Shown in pieces: positions 12,060 through 24,433 of a DNA stretch of 64,000 bases. Origin of the DNA: the human T2T-CHM13v2.0 reference genome, Homo sapiens; NCBI RefSeq assembly GCF_009914755.1, contig NC_060935.1; one strand, 5' to 3'. The translations under genes and the position numbers were made by a program. The notes beneath the pieces were generated by a model. That model was not told where the DNA came from, did not search any database, and worked only from the letters and a program-made list of their open reading frames with translations. Position 1 is the first letter of the stretch. Every line of letters starts with the position of its first letter.

Positions 12060-15000
12060 CTTGCAGGAGTGGAAGGGGGTGACAGAGAAGGGGCAGGCAG
12101 TGAGGGGAGACCAGGAAGGGAAGGAAGAAAAGAAGGAAGCCAAGGAGAGGAAAGAGGAATGGAGGAGAAAGCCAGTAAGGGAGGAGGGGACGGGGAGAAA
12201 TGAGGAAGGGGCAGAAAGCCAAAGGGAAAGTCCTTGTCAGCCACAGCCCCTAGCCCAGCCAGGTGGGGACCCCAGAAGGGGAGGGCACCCAGGGTACACA
12301 TGGGCTGGGGAAGGGGAGCCCAGTCCCTCCTCCCCACCATGTGCAAGCCTTCCCACCTTCCCCATTCCCTCTCCTCTCCAGCTCCAAGGTCATCTCCCCT
12401 CTTCATCCTCTTCCCTCAGTCCATCCCCATCTTCTCCCTCTGCTTCCCCAAACATCCTGCCCCAGTGTCCAGCCCCAAGCCCTGAAGCCATGGAGCCCCT
12501 GGAAGAGGCAGATAGAGGAGACAAAGAGGCAGAGACAGAGGAGGTAGCTGCCAGGCCAAGGTGGAGTCGGTGCGTGTGAGAGCAGAGAAGGAGGTGAGAC
12601 AGAGTGATGGTGTGTGGAAGCAGCAACCTGCCCAGGCTGACCTCCCACCTACAACCAGGCCTTCTCACCCCTGGCCAGGATCCCCTCTCTTCTCCCGGAC
12701 TGCCAAGGCCCAGCACTGCCTGGGACCAGGCCCTGTTAAGCCGAGCCCTTCCTCCCCACCTGGACATGCAAGCACAGAAGTGGAAAATGTTAAAGGGACC
12801 TTGCTTCGCTCACTGACAGCCAATAAAACCCGCTCCAGCTCCAATCTCACCCCACACTCCAGTATGACACCTCAGAATTCCCAGCTGGGTGGGGTTGGGC
12901 TGTTCTGTTTGTTTTTAGTGGATCTGGGGGTCGGTTTAACCCTCTGAGTTTGTTGTTTTGGTTTGGTTTTTAGAAAAGATGTTTATTATGTTTAAGTTTA
13001 GATTTAACTTTGGTTTTGGTGCTGCTTATTTTGTGGGAGGGAGGGGGTGGGCAGAGGGCCTACCACATTGCCCCATCTCCCCCGGAACCTTCAGCTGCTG
13101 GCACTGGGGGTTTTAGACCTGGCTTAGCCCTTGTTAGCCTCTGGTTAGTGCCTCGTTAAAGATCTGGTTTAGAGTTCGGTGCCTGTAAGCCTTGCCCCCA
13201 AAACCCGGGCTGAGGACAGTCCAACTTGTGAAGCCCACAACCTCTTTGGAAACAGGTTCTCTGGGACACCCAGGCCTCTGGGACATCCAAACATCCATCC
13301 AGCCTCTAGCCAATGATGGCCACTGGGGTGTCTCCCCAGCCCCCCACTCAGCCTTCCTTCTTCCTCCAGCACCCTCCCACTGCCCACTCAGGCAAGGATA
13401 GCCCCTGGACCAGCAACGCCCATTACTAATGGCCAAGAGGCCAAGAGGCAGAGGGCCAGTGGTAGCAGCTCTGGTACAAGTCCTGGAATACCAGACCCAG
13501 AGAGGCCCAGGAAGACCTCTGCATCAAAGTTTTTTCCCAGACATAAGAATCATGAGGAAAACAAAGGAGAGAAGGATCACAGTGGTCAAATGAGTTGGGG
13601 AAGGAAACATTTCACAATCGAACAGGTTTCTTTCTCCAAGGGCTTCTCAGAGCCTTTATTAAACTAATGCACATATGCATCTCCAAGAGGAAGAAACAGG
13701 ATTCAGCACTTCCCAAACTCATTCTACCACAAATCTCTCTATTGTGAAGCATCTCATGGGACTGTTTCACAGGACATGCTTTGGAACTGGAAAATGGATT
13801 CATCCAATAAATATTTATTGAGCACCTACCATAGTCAGGCGCTAACAATAAAATATTCCCTCCAAGCATCCCCAGAACTTGTTCTGGGATACTTTCCTGC
13901 TGTTTCTTTCCTCTCACCCTCACAACATGCCTGTGAGGTGGGCTGAGTAACCATCACTGCCCCATCAGGAGAGAGCTGAGCCTCAGAAAGGGGAAGTACT
14001 TGGCTAAGGCCACAGAAAAGTGAGTTCCTTCTTTCACACTTCGGGCACTACCTCTCTAATCCAATTGGTTATTTTCTAGAAGAGGAAAGTCAGATCTAAG
14101 GCAAAAAGGAAGGAGGGCCCTGGCTCTCCTTCATCTAAACCACAATTCCTCCCCCACCCCCCAACAGGGCCTGTCCAGCTCTCCCTGCTCTTGGGGTCAC
14201 AAGTTGTCCCAGCCTCAGCCCAGGCTGCTCCCTTGGCCTCTCTGATTCTGGAAGAGGGAGGTGGGTAATGAAGAGGAAGCCACAGTGTTAGCAAACTTGG
14301 TCCCTGTGGCCCCTGGCCCCATCCGCCATGAACTCCTCAAAGGGTTAAAGTTCACCCCGCTGGAGAGAGCAGCCCAGTGTGGCTGGGGGCTGTAGGTTTT
14401 AGCGATGTCTGTTACAGTCCCTTTAACTTTTTGTCCTGTTATGGGTTTATCACATCTGGTTATCAGCAGGTTTAGGCCCCACAGGCATGGGGGGCTAGAA
14501 GTTACATTTGGGGGTTTTAGTTGGGGAAGGCCCCAGTGGACATTTAAAAGCACAGTTATCAGCTGGTTAAGTGGAGATTTAACAGTTCTACTTCCCCCCT
14601 AGAGTTTAGCCTTAGAGGTACAGAGCTCGCCCCGCCTCCCCAAAGGGAATGGGATGGATATGTCCTTAGTCCCCAGCTTCCCTTGGTAACAAGAAGCCTT
14701 CTCTCTCACACCCAGCGACACCTCACCACACTGGGGCCTCACAAGGGGCTTGCTTGGTCTTCCTCATCAGCCAAGCAGGAGCAGAAATCCCTATGGGCCC
14801 ACCACCTCCTGCCCCACTTCCCTTAGTCTCTCCTCAACTTCTCAGAGGCCTTCTGGACTAACCTGGGCTTGTTCCAGAGATAGCAGCCCCACAGCACTCT
14901 CTTTGGGGGTCTTTCCAGTAAGATCTGAGGTCCCCACTCTTCTCTCTTCTCCTCACATGGCTCTGGTGAAGCCTTCCTAAACCTCCTCAGGTCAGCCTTC

Positions 15001-15400
15001 CTGCTTCCCAAAGGCTTCCTGCCTCTGCATGCTCTGTGGCCCTCAGCTAGCCCTTTACCAAGCCTCCGAGATGATTCTGGGCAGAGGGAACCTACCTCCA
15101 AGCTGCATTCCCAGCCTGCTTGTGATTTACTGCCGGGCTCACAGTGGGGAGCTCCCATGGTAGGGATCTTGTGGATTACCCTAGTTGATCCCAGGTTTAA
15201 AAAGAGAACAAGACTCTCCCTACTTCTAAGAAAAAACCCCACTCCTACCCCAAAAACCACCACTCTGAAATGCACAGACAGACCCTTGACTCCAAAGGGG
15301 AAGGGAGCATTCTGGCTGGCCAATTGTCCCTTCACTTGGGGGTGGGCATTGGTGAAGGCACGGAGGGGGAAAGAGAGAGCTCTGCACCTTTAAGATAGTG

Positions 15401-15443
15401 TTTTTAAAGTTAATTAATTAATTAATTAATTCTGGTTAATTAC
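15401..15443 (-). promoter_or_regulatory. UWAA-rich intronic splicing element immediately downstream of SS4 (STAR-family KHDRBS3/SLM2 site)
   Basis: The sense strand reads GTAATTAACCAGAATTAATTAATTAATTAATTAACTTTAAAAA. KHDRBS proteins are established U(U/A)AA-binding regulators of neurexin SS4. Confidence 0.85.
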
Positions 15444-15533
15444 CTTTGTCGAGCAGCCACTCATCTACTACTCGACCAAGCCGGTAGGGGATTCTCTGTC
15501 TAGCAATCGCCAGGCGCTCGTTATCAAAGTTTC
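15444..15533 (-). CDS. NRXN2: NRXN2 alternatively spliced SS4 exon, 90 nt: [30 protein letters not shown]
   Basis: ttccaag|GA acceptor, AAG|gtaatt donor; symmetric phase 1; canonical SS4 insert. Absent from the ORF track. Confidence 0.97.
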
Positions 15534-17109
15534 CTTGGAAAAGTTTAGAAAGACAGTAGGTTTCTCAGGCAGCGAAGTCCAAAGGAGTTAGAAAAGTAAT
15601 TATGCAATCCTCAGGAGACTCAGAGTAAGCAGCAACATCCACGGAAAGAGGGGAAGGGAGGAAAAGAAACGCTGGGCCCCTCTTTTCCCTTGACCCCCTC
15701 CCTAGGCTCCGGTTCAGAGCCAGCCCCACCCTGGGGGCAGGAGCAACCCAAAGCAAAAGAGATGAGAAAAGAAGAAAAGGAAAGGGACACAAAAGAAAGG
15801 GAGCTGGAAGGTCAAAGGTCAGAGGTTAAACAGGTTTATCTGTGGTTAAGCTGCTGTGGCCCCCTTCCTTCCCCATCCCAAAGTGGGGGGCGGGCAGGGG
15901 AGGGGCATTTAGCAGGTTTAAGTTGGGGGCGGGAGGCATCAGTGGCCCAACTGGTTTCTGCGTTTAGAGGGCGGTTTAGAAGTGGGAAGGATGGGTTAAG
16001 CGGGGTTTATGCGGCATTTAGGGGGCCACCCAGCACGCACATTGAACAGTGAGATTTAAACCACTTCTCCAGGCCACCTCAACTCCCTTTGCCTTCGTGC
16101 TCCACTCCCAGCTTCCCCTCAATTTCCACCTCATACCACACCTATGACCCCGCCACCTCATACCACACCCATGACCCCCCTTAAGCCCCTCCTGTTCCCA
16201 ACCCCACCACTGCACTCCCTTTGCAAGGCCTCCTCACCCTGGTCAGGGCTCTCTTTCTACTGGGCAGCCACTACAGGTGTGGCGCCTGGTGTGGGAGCTG
16301 GATCATCATCCAGCAGCCCCCTTCCCCTTCTCACCTCCTCTTCGGCCCCTTTCTCCTCCCCTGCAGACACCCCCCGCCTTCCTCTGCACCCTCCTCTGCC
16401 CCGAATGCACCTTGACCATTTTCTACTCAGAGCCCAGTTTCTTCTCCTTGCTGTCTCAGGACCTCATCTTGCTCACCCTGCCAGGCCCTCAGCCTTTCTT
16501 TTCCAGGCTCCTCCCCCCAGTTCCAGCCCCCATCTCTTCTGCAAGCTTGGCTGCCCATCTGGATACCCACCTGTTCCTCTCTGCGCTCACCAATCTCCAG
16601 CCCCTGGAGACTGGGAAAGGGAATGTGTGTGAATGTGTGTGTGTGCACAGACGCCTATGTGGAAAGAGGTTTGTCAGTGCACCTGAGAGGATCTGTACAC
16701 CTCTGTGAGCTGTGGGTGATCCTGGTCTGCAGCAGTGGAAAGAGAACTGATTTCCTTTGACAATCTGGCCACTCCTCCCATTTAAGCCACTGACATACTA
16801 TTCAGTGCACGCTGGTGGGGCCAGGAGGCTTTTCCTCTCATCTCTCACTGCACAGCTGTGCTCACCTGCCCAGAGACCCGGGCCTGGGCCTGCCTATGTA
16901 CACCTCCCATGAAGGTACACACGATGTGTTCATGTGGGTATGGATGGTGCCTCCTTGGGTGCTTATGAGGCAAGGAGATTCTGCTTTCCCTATAGATTCA
17001 GGATATTTGTGTTTAAATTAAAAACAGATCATTCAATCCTGTGTGTGTGTCTCCAAGAGGAAGAGAAAAATGTACATCTGCCTGGAGGGAGGCTGAGTAT
17101 ACAAAAATT

Positions 17110-17315
17110 CTAATAAAAGTCCTATTTATTGAGCACCTTTGCTATGCCATGCCATTCTAGTGTTTAATGACATTCTCACAGTATTGCTATGAGGTAGGTA
17201 TCATCACCTTTCCGAAGTGGAAACTGAGATTCAGAGAGGCTAGATGACTTGTCCAAGGTTACACGCTTGTCAGTGGGAGATCCAGGATTAAAACCCAGGT
17301 TCTTCTGACTCAGAA
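17110..17315 (+). mobile_element. MIR SINE relic
   Basis: TTTATTGAGCAC...GAAACTGAGATTCAGAGAGG..TGACTTGTCCAAGGTTACAC core. Confidence 0.75.
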
Positions 17316-19149
17316 TCCATGGGCTGTGTCTCTGTGCTCCCAAAGAATCAGAGGGTCCCCCCCCACTCTGGGCCCATGCATACTGATGGTCTGACCTGCT
17401 GGTATTGCTCAGGATCTGCCCTCAGTATATACAGGCAACCACCAGACCCTCATGTTACTCCCCTTTACAGGCGGGGGCACCCAGCAGCCTTTCCTCACCC
17501 CTAGTCAGGGGTCCCTGAGGAGAGGAGAGCAGGAATAATTCTTCCACCCTGACTGCTGGCCTCCTGGGCCCCAAGGGGAGAAGCTCTAGATCCAAGTCCT
17601 GGCTTGACATGGTGAGGCCTTCATGCTTCCAAGCCCAGCCCTGTCCAGCACAGGCCAATGTCATCACTGCTACAAAGGTTGCCCTAGTATGTGTGCATCG
17701 GAGAATGAGAGAAGTCTGCTGCCCACAGGAATCATGCCTACACAGCCAGAGCTGTCAGTGTTGGCTTGTTGGGGGGCGTGGGGGATAGGTGGAATTTAGT
17801 GTAGGAGGGTTGGTGTGTGTTGAGTGTCCCTACATGTACCCAGGGACTTGATGTAGGCTGGCATCCCTCTGCAGAGCTGTTTTTTCATGTGTCTGTCTGA
17901 CCATACAAATGTCTGCAGTTGTCCATATGTCTAAGGTTGACCTGTGTGTACATGAACCTCTGTATGTATTAGGGGGCCACGCAGGCCTCTTTATCTCCAG
18001 GGACTTTCCAGAAATGTCTGGGTACAAGCCTGCGTAATTGGTGTCATAAGCCTGTACTGGCATCTTTACTCCAGCACTGGTGAGCCCATGAAAGTTTACA
18101 CATTGGCCTTTTGCCCCTGCCCCTCGCAGTCAGCATGGGGCAGCTTCTCTGCCTCAGCCTGGCTATCTCTCCGCCTGGGAGAGTGATGGAGGTCGCAGAT
18201 GCTCACTCTGCTTCTCAGTCAGGCCCTGTGTGTGACTGCAATGTCGCTCAGACTGTATCTCACCATCTCTGTGTTTCTGCAGTTCTCCCTGCAGCGTTCC
18301 TGTTTCCCCTCCCTCTTTATCTCCCATGCTGGGGCTCTCCTCCGTTCCCTCCCAAGGCTCTGTCCACCTCTTCTCTCCCTGGGCCTGCATGTCAGCATCT
18401 CCATCTACCTCTCCACATCTCTCCTCATCTTTGCATATAGTTCAGTGCTATTTCCATATCTTTCCATTGCTTCCCCTCTGGTTTCCTCTCATTCTAAGGC
18501 TCTGTCTCTGCCTCCCTCAATATCTTTCAGAGTCTCTGCCTCCTCATTTCTTCCATGTCCTCATCTCCATCCCTCTCCTGTGCTCCTCAGACCTTGGTTT
18601 GTCCTTGGCCGCCACAGCTGTCACCCTGTTGAACTTGGTCTGTCTGCATTCTCAAGGCTCCCTGCAAGCAGGGACTGAGTGCCCCGGACCTAGCACAAGC
18701 CCTGATATCTAAGTAGGTTGTCAACAAAGGTTATTGAACGCACATGACCCTGTGTTTCATTTTTGTTGTCACTTGTCTCTTCCTCCCTTTCACCATGTCC
18801 CTCACCGCCTTGGACACTGGGGGTCCTTTTCTCTGAGTCTCCGTGGCTACTCCTCTTCCTTCGTTAGATCTCCTAATATGGATCTCTGACTTGCTCTTTA
18901 TAAGGACCTCGGTTCTTTCCTTGGCTCTGCCCGTGGTAACAGCCCTGTCTCCTTGCCAAGACACGTTTTATATTACTTCTGGATTTTCTCTCCTGTTTCT
19001 GCATCTGTCTCCCTCATTTCTGAACTCAACCTTTCCGCAATCGCATCAGATTCTCCTCACCTCTACCCTCCCTCCACTTCTCCCCCCACCCCCAAACTGG
19101 ACCCTGGCCTTGCAACCTTCCCAGCTCAGCCCTGCACCCTCCCCCATAG

Positions 19150-19555
19150 GGGGCGCATTCGCACCACCACGGTCTCGCCCCGCCGCCACAAATCCCGACT
19201 TTTCCTAGCCACGCCCCTGCCCTAGTCCCGCCTCGCAAGCTTCGTCTCTCCAGTAGCCCCGCCCCAGAGCCGCTTAGCCCCGCCCCAGAGCCGCTTAGCC
19301 CCGCCCCGGTGCGGCCGCACTCCTATCAGAGGCCGCCACCCGCCCCGCCACCGCGCCTCCTCCGCGGGCCCGCGCCGCCTACCTGCCGGGTACCGCTCGT
19401 TGACCGGCCAGCTGTCCACCTGCAGGGTGGCGTTGCCGCCGCTTCGAGTGAAGCGCACCACGTGGTATTTGCCGTCGCTTACTATGGCGTTGGGCTCGTC
19501 GATGGTAATGTCGTCCGTGCCCACGTTAAAGATCACCCCCACGGTGCCCTGGTCC
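19150..19555. promoter_or_regulatory. Intragenic CpG island with 21-bp tandem GC-box repeat (19254-19307)
   Basis: High CpG density over the exon and downstream intron; TAGCCCCGCCCCAGAGCCGCT x2.6. Confidence 0.7.
19383..19554 (-). CDS. NRXN2: NRXN2 exon, 172 nt: LNS6 ([12 protein letters not shown]...NERYPA-G)
   Basis: ccccag|GAC acceptor, CAG|gtaggc donor; phase 0 to 1. Confidence 0.97.
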
Positions 19556-20489
19556 TGGGGACATGGAGGTGGAGGTCAGCGACCAGAGGGAGCAACCATT
19601 CATCCCTTCTAGTGGCTACTCCTGTGACCACCACTAGCCCAGCTCCGCAGCACTTAAGGCACCTTTCCCAGGTCTCAACCGCTGGAGGAGGTGGGCAGGC
19701 TCGCTCCCCTTCCCCACATGCAAGGGAGTAACTTGAGGCCGGAGGTGCGTGCAGAGCCTGGGCCCAGAGCGCCTTCCACTAACCACACCTGTCTCTTGCC
19801 TTTTGGTTTGTCCTGGATATTCACAAGTATTCACAGAGCACCTACTCTGTGCAAGGGCCACTGGGCCCAGACAGGGGTGATCGGGCCAAGCTGGGGACCA
19901 GCTCGGGGCATGGAGGGCAGAGGCCTCTCTAAGGCAAGATCAGCAGAGAAGTCCACAGAAGCCGGCCTCTGCCAGAGGAAGGTCTGACCCCCAGCCCCTC
20001 CCCAGTCCCCAGTCTCCAGCCTCTCCTCCCTGGTATGCTCTGTACCAAGCAGGCCCCCAGGGGGCTTCCACCCACACCAGGGCATTAGCATGCCTCTCCT
20101 GGCAGCCTCTCAGGCCCAAAGTAGGTCAGGCTCTGAGTGTGGGGGTGGACCCTCTGCAGCCATGGGGGTGGAGGTGGGGGGTGTGGACTGTGTGTATGGT
20201 GGGATGGACACCAGAAGAGCTGAGGGTCAAACTATGCTAGACTGACCAAGAAAGGGGATCGTGGGGGTTTCGGGGTAGGGGGTGGAGCTAGGGGCTGGGG
20301 AAGGACAGGCAGAGGACAGACAGGGACGGAGGCCTGGAGAAGGGGAGCAAAGAGCCTAAGCAATCTCTGGGACCCAGGCCCACGGGACACTCTGCAGAGG
20401 CAACCCAGGATCAGCCCAGGAAGAGTTCTGCTTGTGGTGCTAGAGTGGGAGGGAGGGCTTCACCAAACCCTAAATCATGCCAGGCCCTG

Positions 20490-20680
20490 AGTGGGTACTG
20501 TACACGCATGCTCTCTTCCCTACACCAACCCGCTGAAGAAGCTCATAGCTCCCCATTTCATCAAGAAAGAGACTGAGGCTCAGCATAGTTAAATAACATC
20601 TCAAAATCTTGCAGCTCATGAGAAGGAAGCCCCAGATTTGAACCCCAGCTAGTCTGACTTCAAAGCCAGTGTTCTCTCCC
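20490..20680 (+). mobile_element. MIR SINE relic
   Basis: CCCCATTT..GAGACTGAGGCTCAG..GTTAAATAAC..GATTTGAACCC..GTCTGACTTCAAAGCC. Confidence 0.7.
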
Positions 20681-22299
20681 TTTGCCCACCAGTCTAGGAA
20701 GACCCTGACTCAAGGAGGTGGGGGTGTGGGATGATCCAAGAGGCTGCTGAGGCCTACCTTCAACACCAAAGGCATCTAACCAAGCCAACGAAGGCCCATT
20801 AGGTACTAAGCCTGAGCCCCTGTTTCACTTCCCTGCACCTCCCAGCAGCACTCCTGAACGCGGTCTCAGCCCTCCTCCCACACGGAACAGACACTCACAC
20901 AGGTTCACTCAAACCCCCTGGCTCACACACTCTCAGGCACCCAACCCATCATAGAAACACACTACACTCCTGGGGTCTTCTTGAAAGACTGCCCCAGTCT
21001 GGCCTGGACATGTGGAACATTCAGCTGCCACCTCCTTCCTGCATCTAGCAGAGCCGAGAGGCTTGGTGGCACTGGGGGTGTTGGCAGGGGTGGCTCACAG
21101 ATGGGGCAAGGGTTGGGGTTTGGCAGAGAGAGTTGGGGGACAAGGTTTGCAGCTGTGGCTCAGGAGACCCATGTCCTATCCCTTCCCACTTGTGGGGTCC
21201 AGTTGTCTCCTTCTCAGAACCTGGGAAAACCACATACATATATGCATGCATGCACGCTAACACACAGATGCATGCACACAGTCATACATGCATGCAGCCT
21301 CTCTCCTCAGATGCAGTAAAGCAGGGAAACTGAGGCTGGGCTTGCCTAACAAAGAGTATTAGCAAGCCCCACCCATTCACCACCCACAGACTGACAACAT
21401 CCCCAGGGAGACGGGCTGATCATCTGCTCCCCACACACGGGAAGGAACAGTCGATCCTCCTCGGTACTATTGTTAGTAATAATACCACCCAGAATAGTAT
21501 CAGCTCCCTGGATTCCTCTGAGGATTTCTCCCCACAGGCTCAGCCCAGGCAGTGATGGTGGTCAAGGAGCACATGCAGTCTGAGAGCCAGGCTGGCAGAG
21601 TGCCGGCCAGGGAGCTGGGAGGCAGGACACCTGGGTTTCCTAGGAGGCAGTCAAGCTCAGGGCCCTGCACTCCGGGGGAGAGGCAGCTCCCCAGAGCCTC
21701 TCCCAGTGTGAAGTCAGTTGTCACTTCTGTTAAAGTCATTAATTCCTAATTCCCCAATTACCTCATTAGGCGGCGGTGGGGAGAACGAAGCCGCTCCTAC
21801 AGCAAATAATTATGGGAGTCAAAATTAATTTGGCAAAGTGGAGCGACGCTTTATTAGAAACGTCAAATTGCTTTTCTCTTATTTTGCTGCCGCCTCCCCA
21901 CTCTCTGAGAGCTGCTACTGACGCTGTGGTGGGAGCTGATGTGTCACCAGGGGAGGAAGGGGTTTGGGGGCTGCCCCCAGGGGGCCTCAGCCCATCTGGT
22001 GCCCACCTCCCACCTCATGGCTGGCTCCTCTCATGGACCCCCACCCTTGCCAGGCCTCTCCACCCTCAGGCAGACCCCCGTCTTCCCTGCCCTCTGCCGT
22101 ACCCGGCACCAGTACTTGTTCCTCCATAGCCTTGCACCTTTAAGGCCTGTTCACAACTGTTGGGAGAGAAAAGGAGGAAATCCCTTCTCCTCGCATCCTG
22201 ATCCCCCTACCCTTTCTCCTCAGTACTAGGGGAGCCCTACGCCCTAACCTAACAGGCACAGAGGCCCACAGTCCTGCCTAGGTAGCTGATCAGAGATGG

Positions 22300-22500
22300 T
22301 CGGGATACTAGCTAACACAGCATGCTCCCTACGTGCTTCACATAAGTGATCTCCTTCAACCTCCAAACATCCCTCTGTCCTCTTCCTATGCCACTCCATA
22401 GATGGGCTAACTGAGGCTCAGACAGCTGCGGTGACTTGCACAAAGACAGCAAGGAAGTGGCAAAGTTGGGATTCAAACCCAGACCATCTACTGCAAGCCA
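22300..22500 (+). mobile_element. MIR SINE relic
   Basis: AGATG..AACTGAGGCTCAGA..TGACTTGCACAA..GGATTCAAACCCAG. Confidence 0.7.
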
Positions 22501-24251
22501 TGCAGAGCTTCGCATGAGGGAGAAGAGAGAGAAGGAGCAGCCCTCACTCACAGAGGACACAGGGAAACCCAGTCACACCCCGCCACCCAGAAAGGCAATT
22601 GAAACAACTGCAAACACCACTACATGGGGAAATACACATCTATAGATACACTCCATCAGAAATCATGAGATCCAGTCTCTGTCTTCATCCCCCACTGTCA
22701 CAGCCGTCACTCCTGACACACATCACCATGCATCCAGTCCCACACTGTCGTCTACAGCCACACTGTCTTTCGCTTGCCAGCTGCCTCTCACCATTCTAGA
22801 TAACTGCCTGTCCCGCTGACACAGGTACAGAACTTCCAGGCCTCTTCTTGGGCCTGACTACTGTTCTGCTTGCTAGTCCTCCTTCTGCACCCCTTCCTCA
22901 TCCGCTGCCACTTCCACCCCAGCTCTGCTCTGCCCACAGGAAGTCTCCCCTCATGCTCCTTCCTTCACACCCTGGTGTTGGGGTGGGGTGCAGACCTGGG
23001 ATGCTTAAAAGCTACTGTGTAATGAAGGCCAGTGGCTGCGTTCCCAAGCAGATGGGGAGAGATCAGAGCCCAAACAAGCCTCTCCCCTGGCTTCCTCTCT
23101 CCCCTTCCAACTAACTATGCCCTCCTGAAAGCCAGGGGCCCCTCACCCAGAGCTTTCCAGCCCACAAAGCCTGGCCAGCCTGCCTGATCCCCACAGCACA
23201 GGGGTCCTGGCCAGGGTGAGCATGTGAAATACAGGCAGGGAAACAAGGTGGCTGTTAGGGGCCAGAAATGTACAGATGAAGACTGAGGGCAAAGGCTCGG
23301 GATTGAGGACTGTGGGGAGGGGTCAGGGGAGAGGTTGAGACCAGAAATGAAATGGAGCAATACCAGAGGTCGTAGGGAAGGGTGTAGGGCAGAGCCAGAG
23401 ATGGGGGAAAGGGCAGGGAAAGAAAAGGGGCCACTTGCAGACTAGAGTTCAACAGGACTCAAAACGGTGAGTCAAGGAGCTGCAGATATGGTAGGAGGCC
23501 CAGAGGGAGACCCTGGGAAGGAACCAAGGTCAAGGTGGGTAGCAGGCACAGGGAGGGGCTAGGGCTTCTCCCTGTGGAGCTGAGCAGAGAAAGGCAGAGC
23601 CAGGTGGGAGCTGAGGTCAGGGTGAGGATGTGGGGCTGGGCCAAGAGGTCAGTGAGGAGTGAACCTGGCTAGAGAGGCAGTAAAGGAGACAGGGTAAGGG
23701 GGCTGCTGGGAGGGCAAAGGTCACGGAAGCAGAAGTCAAGGGCAGCATAGAGGCAGGGGCAGAATCCAGAGGCAAGATGAAGCTGCAAGGGTGGGCTGCC
23801 CTGGGGCAGGTAGGTATGAAGGAGGGGCAGGAATAGGTGCAGGACACAGTAGGCTGGCCTAGCTGGTCTAGGAGTGAGCAGGCAGCAGCCCAGGGGAAGT
23901 CACAAATGTGGGACACCTCCGAAGGCTACAGGAGAATGGCCTGGAAGTCCCAAAGAGGCCCTTGACTACTTTTAGGAAGGTCAGAAAACACAGGTGGTCT
24001 CAGGGAGTGGGGAGCTGGAGAAATTCGAATCAGATGGGAGGGTGGATCTGGGAGTCTTGGTGAATAACTGAGAGAGGGAAGGGTCTCAGAAGCAGAACTT
24101 CTTAGCAGGAAGCTCCAGCAATGAGGGAACAGAGGTTCTGAGGGTTCCCCATGAGGGAAGACTTGAGGTGCTGATCCCATGGCAATGAGGGGCTGAACTG
24201 ATTTGGGAGCAGGAAGCTTGAGGTTGAAGGGTTGGGGCCCAGGGTCCTTAC

Positions 24252-24433
24252 GATGTGCAGCTGCAGGTAGTCTCCAAGGCCGGAGGCGCTGTCCACCCGC
24301 ACCAGCACAGCGCTCCGCTGGTGGGTGCTGAAGCCCACGGCCAGGCGATCCATCCTCGTGCTGGGCCTGTCATTGGGGGGCCACGTGTAGGTGATGAGCG
24401 CTCCCCCCTTCCCAAAGATGTATGTGGTCCCGG
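24252..24433 (-). CDS. NRXN2: NRXN2 first exon common to alpha and beta, 182 nt: LNS6 ([12 protein letters not shown]...YLQLHI)
   Basis: ctgcag|CC acceptor, ATC|gtaagg donor; accepts phase 1 from both the EGF3 exon (Pro) and the beta exon (Ala). Confidence 0.97.

Noticed and set aside
11569-12579. 336-aa + strand ORF
   Set aside because: Antisense shadow of a GC-rich NRXN2 exon plus purine-rich intron.
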